This document shows, in pieces, positions 59,939 to 64,000 of a stretch of 64,000 nt of DNA. The stretch's first letter is position 1. Each line of letters begins with the position of its first letter. The notes beneath the pieces are model-generated. The model ran no database searches. It was given only the letters and a program-made list of their open reading frames with translations, and had not been told where the DNA came from. The stretch is from positions 248,001 to 312,000 of the forward strand of contig CBFDEM010000028.1 in NCBI GenBank assembly GCA_965603825.1. The letters are read 5' to 3'. The stretch comes from Blepharisma stoltei ATCC 30299. Its lineage: Eukaryota; Protista; Ciliophora. The translations under genes were made by a program, and so were the position numbers.

Positions 59939-61447
59939 ATGGGTGTGGATACTACAATATTGAAATTAAACAAGCTTGCAGTCGAACATCTCCGAAACGA
60001 CAATTATGATCTCTCCCTCGATCTTTTAAAGAAAGCTGAAGTCCTTGTAAATTCTTCAAAATCTGAGAACTTAACTAAGCTCAAAGGAATCACCCTCAAC
60101 AATCTTGGCTGTTTTTATAAAAGAGTTGGAAAATTCCACCCAGCTTTACATTACTTCAATAAAGCTTTAGAAATTGAAATCGAAAGCCCAAATGACTTGA
60201 TAAATTATGCAGGCTGCCATTTAAATATATGTGCAATAAGATCGCAAGTTGGAGAACATGAAAAAGCACTTTCACATGCCATGAAAGCGCTAAATATATT
60301 AAACTTGCATTTTGAGACCAATCCAAACCTGATAACAAGCTTGGCAATCGCATATCATAATGCAGGAATTGAATTTGGATATTTAAATCAGCCAGATGAG
60401 GCAATGAAATTTTATAAGAAAGGTTACGACATAGCAGTTGCGAAACTTGGAAAAAATAACCAGATTACAATAAGCTTGAAAAAAGGGCTTGAAAAGAGCA
60501 TTACTACAATCCCTGATATAAGTTTGAGGGCTTCTCACAAAAACCGTACAAATTTTGACACAAATAATTTTAAGAAATCCAAGAAAAAAGGACCATCATC
60601 TCTTCCACCTTCTCATAATAGAGAAAATTTGCCGCTTTTGAATGATTCTTTTTCTACTCCAAAATATATGCTAAGCTCTAATAAAGAAAATCCTAGATTT
60701 TATACAGGAGATCGACTACAACCAATGCATAAGATTCTTGAACCATCATATAAATTACAGTTAATTAATCCAATGACAAAGACTGAAAAAAGAAAAAAAG
60801 CAGCAAGCAGGCAAGAGTATACAGCTTTGATAAAAGAATTAGATGGAACATACCGCACTAAGACTCCTGGGCGGACTTTAAAGCCAATTACCCCTGGATC
60901 TATTAATAATTCTGTCTACACTAATCAAAGCATTCAAGTTGATATGTTTAACAAACCAAAAACACCACTAAGACAATACAAAACAAGTGCAGCCATAATA
61001 ATCCAAAAACATTGAAGAGGGTTTATGACTAGAAAAAAATATCAAATGTCTCTTTGCAAAGAGAAAATAAAAAAAGCTGAAGAAAAAGCAAAAGCTGCTA
61101 TTCTTGAGCTTGAAAAACTACAAACCCAAAAGAAAAAATTATTTCTAAAGCAATATTTCAAAGCATCAGCCCAGCCTATCCAAATTAAAAAATTTGACAG
61201 AAACATCCATGAAAATATTATGTTTAACCATAAAGTAAAAGGTAAAAATATCAAAAAAGACTGTATAATAATAATTCAATCACATATCAGAAGATGGCTC
61301 GTTCAGAATCGGTATAAGAAATTTAAAGCAGCAAGGAGAATACAGAAATTTGTCAGAGGATTCTTGACTAGAAAAATATATAAGCACATTTATTCAGCAA
61401 TTTTGTTAATACAAAGATTCTATAGAAACTATAAGAAATTAATGTAA
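59939..61447 (+). CDS. TPR-repeat plus IQ-motif protein (502 aa)
   Basis: TLNNLGCFYKRVG and AIAYHNAG TPRs. IQKH-W(TGA)-RGFMTRK, IQSHIRRW and IQKFVRGFLTRK IQ motifs. Confidence 0.9.
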
Positions 61448-61461
61448 TTTTATGTAATATT

Positions 61462-62799
61462 TTATTTACTCTTCAATTTCACATCATCACGAGTTTCTTT
61501 TAGCTTCAAACTTGCTGAGCCAGCCAATACAAAAATAAAAGCACTATAGCTCAGCGTAGCAGAAATTCCATGCTTATCAAGCATTTTCCCAGTTGTCATA
61601 GAGCTTATCATAGCTCCTATTCTGGATATCCCCATCATAAATCCAAATGCAAGAGATCTGTTACTTGGAGGGTAGCTTTCAGGGGTTATTGCATATAAGC
61701 AAGATACAGATAAATTCACAGCATTTCCGAAGGCAAAGCTTGCAATAATATATTCAGTAAATCCAGAAGCTAGAGAGAACCCGAATAGTGTCACGGCTAC
61801 CAAAAAGAAACTGAGCACAGTTGTGAGTTTTCTACCTAATGAAGTATCAATTAATTTAGCACCTAAAAATTTTCCAGGTAGTCCACAGACTTGTTGGAAT
61901 GATAGCAAAACATATTTTTCAAGTTTATTTTCAGTGACTATAATTTTCGGCATGAACATTATGATACCTTGCAAGCTTAAAAATGTCAAAAAGAAAATTG
62001 TTGTCAAGCTAAACGTTACAGTGCTTAATGGAGCTTTAAAAAGTTCCCCGAAGCTGCCTTTTTTGGTATTATTTTTTTCCATTAAATCTTTAATATCGAT
62101 ATCAAAGCTGTCATTTCCATTGAATTTTGCAATCTAAATATCTGATACCTTGATCAGGACTTCCTTCATTTCTTCAATTTTTCCTTTATCATATAAGAAT
62201 ACAGGTCCCTCTTCTAAGAAACTTCTGAGATAAATAAATATTCCATGCAGAATGGTAAATCCAATAGCAGCTGCTCTCCAATCAGTAATAGTAATAACTT
62301 TAAAATACTCTATTGTCAATGCACAAGCATAAACAAAAGTAGCTCCAACATTCATAGAAACTGAAAGCAAAGCTAAGTATTTTCTGCTCGAATTTGGAAT
62401 ACTTTCCATAAGCAAAGAGTTAGTTATTGACATATCAAGTCCGCAGCCAAGTCCTATAATGAATAAGGATAGAAGTAATGATAAAAATGTATGTGACAAG
62501 GTTAAAGCAATTAAGCCTAGCATCATGATATAGCATCCTTTCTTAAATAGAACTATTCTGCCTGATTTATCAGCTTTACGGCCAGAGTAGCCTGCAGCTA
62601 GAAGAAGCCCAAGATTTAAAATGGATCCTAAAACTCCTTTATTAGCATTTGTGAGATCTGGAAATTGGGTGATGATAAGAGATATAAGCATTGAGGAACC
62701 AATACCAGTAGCAACTGCTTCACAGCTGCATAAAAATATCAGTTTTTGATATCTGCCCCAGCCTATTCTTTCAAGACATGTTTCTGCGACGTTTGCCAT
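61462..62799 (-). CDS. MFS transporter (SV2/sugar-porter-like); one 15-nt intron
   Basis: IGWGRYQ, ADKSGR, DTSLGRK, TPESYPPSNRS and LKETR. The two halves are joined by the intron at 62134-62148. Confidence 0.9.
62134..62148 (-). other. 15-nt spliceosomal intron (GTATCAGATATTTAG)
   Basis: GT-AG with an in-frame TAG. Confidence 0.9.
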
Positions 62800-63045
62800 T
62801 TTAATTTTTTAAACTATGAAACATTAGAAATAATAGAAAAAGCTTTTCGTTTTAAAAATCTGTATAAGGATCTTAATCATTCCCAAAAATTTTTTTGTAT
62901 GTTACGAAATAAAAAGTTTCCTTTGAGATTATTTCTGATAAAAAATATATTTATTTGCAAATTTTAAAGAATTTTGGTAGCCTTTATTTTAATTCTTAAT
63001 TTTTGAATGCAAAAGATTGATATTTTTATAAATTAATAAAATTAA

Positions 63046-63384
63046 ATGAACGCTCCAGAGCTACATGAGCTTTTTACTTTACCTCAAGGAAAGAATAAGG
63101 TAGAGTACGAAGAAGACTCAAGAATCGAGTTCGCAGGGACTTTTACAGTTCACTTAGAAGACCACACTCTAGGAAACATTATAAGGATGCAGCTTCTTCA
63201 AGACGACAGAGTCCGGTTTGCAGGCTATAAAGCTCCTCATCCTTTAGAACAAAGAATCCAAGTCAAAATCCAAACAGACGGCCAGATTTCTCCACATGAA
63301 GCATTAATGAATAGCTTAGAAAGTCTGAAAATCACGTTTAAAGGACTACAAGATCAGTTTGAAAAGCAAGCAAAGTCAATTTAA
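63046..63384 (+). CDS. RPB11: RNA polymerase II subunit RPB11
   Basis: MNAP, EDHTLGNIIRMQL and FAGYKAPHPLE. Confidence 0.95.
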   Translation: MNAPELHELFTLPQGKNKVEYEEDSRIEFAGTFTVHLEDHTLGNIIRMQLLQDDRVRFAGYKAPHPLEQRIQVKIQTDGQISPHEALMNSLESLKITFKGLQDQFEKQAKSI

Positions 63385-63491
63385 TAACATGGATTTTAGT
63401 AAGAAATAGGAAATTACTAGGCTATAACACACAATTTTAAGAAACCTTGCTATTAAACTCTTTTGATAAAATATGCAGAAATAGATAAAAA

Positions 63492-64000
63492 ATGAATGAC
63501 TCTCAAGAACTAGCTGATAATATCGAGCAATGAAAGGTCAAAAGATTAATTCAAAGCCTTGATAAATGCCGAGGACTTGGCACTTCTCTTATTACACTTA
63601 TAATTCCTCCTACCGAGCAGCTATCATTTGCTAGCAGGATGGTTAATGATGAATGCAACTCTGCGACTTCAATTAAATCAAGAAATATGCGCCAGTCAAC
63701 TCTGAGTGCCTTAACTTCAATAAGAGAAAGACTCAAGCTATATGGAAACAAGATGCCAAAAAATGGACTCGCAATCTTCTGTGGGGAAATTCTTAATGAA
63801 AAAGACATCATTGAAAAGAAAGTGACGATTGATATTCAGCCATTTAGACCTATAAACACAAAAATTTATATCTGTGACAATAAATTCCATACAGAAGCTT
63901 TAAAAGACTTGCTAGTAATGGAGGAGAAGTATGGATTTATAATTATTGATGGAAACGGTACACTTTTCGGCACTTTGCAAGGAAACACAAAAGATATTCT
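63492..64000 (+). CDS. ETF1: Eukaryotic peptide chain release factor 1 (eRF1), divergent; partial; not in the ORF track
   Basis: IEQ-W(TGA)-KVKRLIQSL, GLGTSLITLIIPP, DECNSATSIKSR, PKNGLAIFCG, PFRPIN, YICDNKFH and KYGFIIIDGNGTLFG. Confidence 0.95.

Noticed and set aside
1-64000. TGA as selenocysteine or cysteine
   Set aside because: TGA aligns with Trp in conserved motifs and swaps with TGG between paralogs.
31322-64000. Functional cluster of gene-expression genes (CARS1, RPS24, RPS29, RPB11, eRF1)
   Set aside because: They are scattered among unrelated genes on both strands; no evidence of an operon-like unit.
1-64000. tRNA, rRNA, CRISPR arrays or an intact transposase
   Set aside because: None recognisable by eye.

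Overview
Gene-dense, AT-rich eukaryotic DNA, most likely the somatic (macronuclear) genome of a heterotrich ciliate of the Blepharisma type. In-frame TGA falls at conserved Trp positions, every intact gene ends in TAA or TAG, and the introns I found are 15-16 nt GT-AG. Read with UGA=Trp, the fragmented ORF track collapses into about 38 genes. The main block is a head-to-tail array of three ~2,400-aa surface proteins (7994-29986). Each has a signal peptide, Notch/LNR repeats, a PMP-type beta-helix, Cys-rich modules and a multi-pass TM domain, and all three share two conserved 15-nt introns. Housekeeping genes include 14-3-3, CysRS, Bax inhibitor-1, VAMP7-like, RPS24, RPS29 (missed by the ORF track), a DHHC acyltransferase, PP2A B'', an MFS transporter and RPB11. 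Two box C/D snoRNAs sit at 6245-6386. At the right edge is a divergent eRF1 whose own conserved Trp (codon 14) is encoded by TGA and whose stop-recognition motifs are altered. That eRF1 is my best candidate for a novel system (UGA-sensing feedback). All family assignments come from motif recognition by eye, not database searches.
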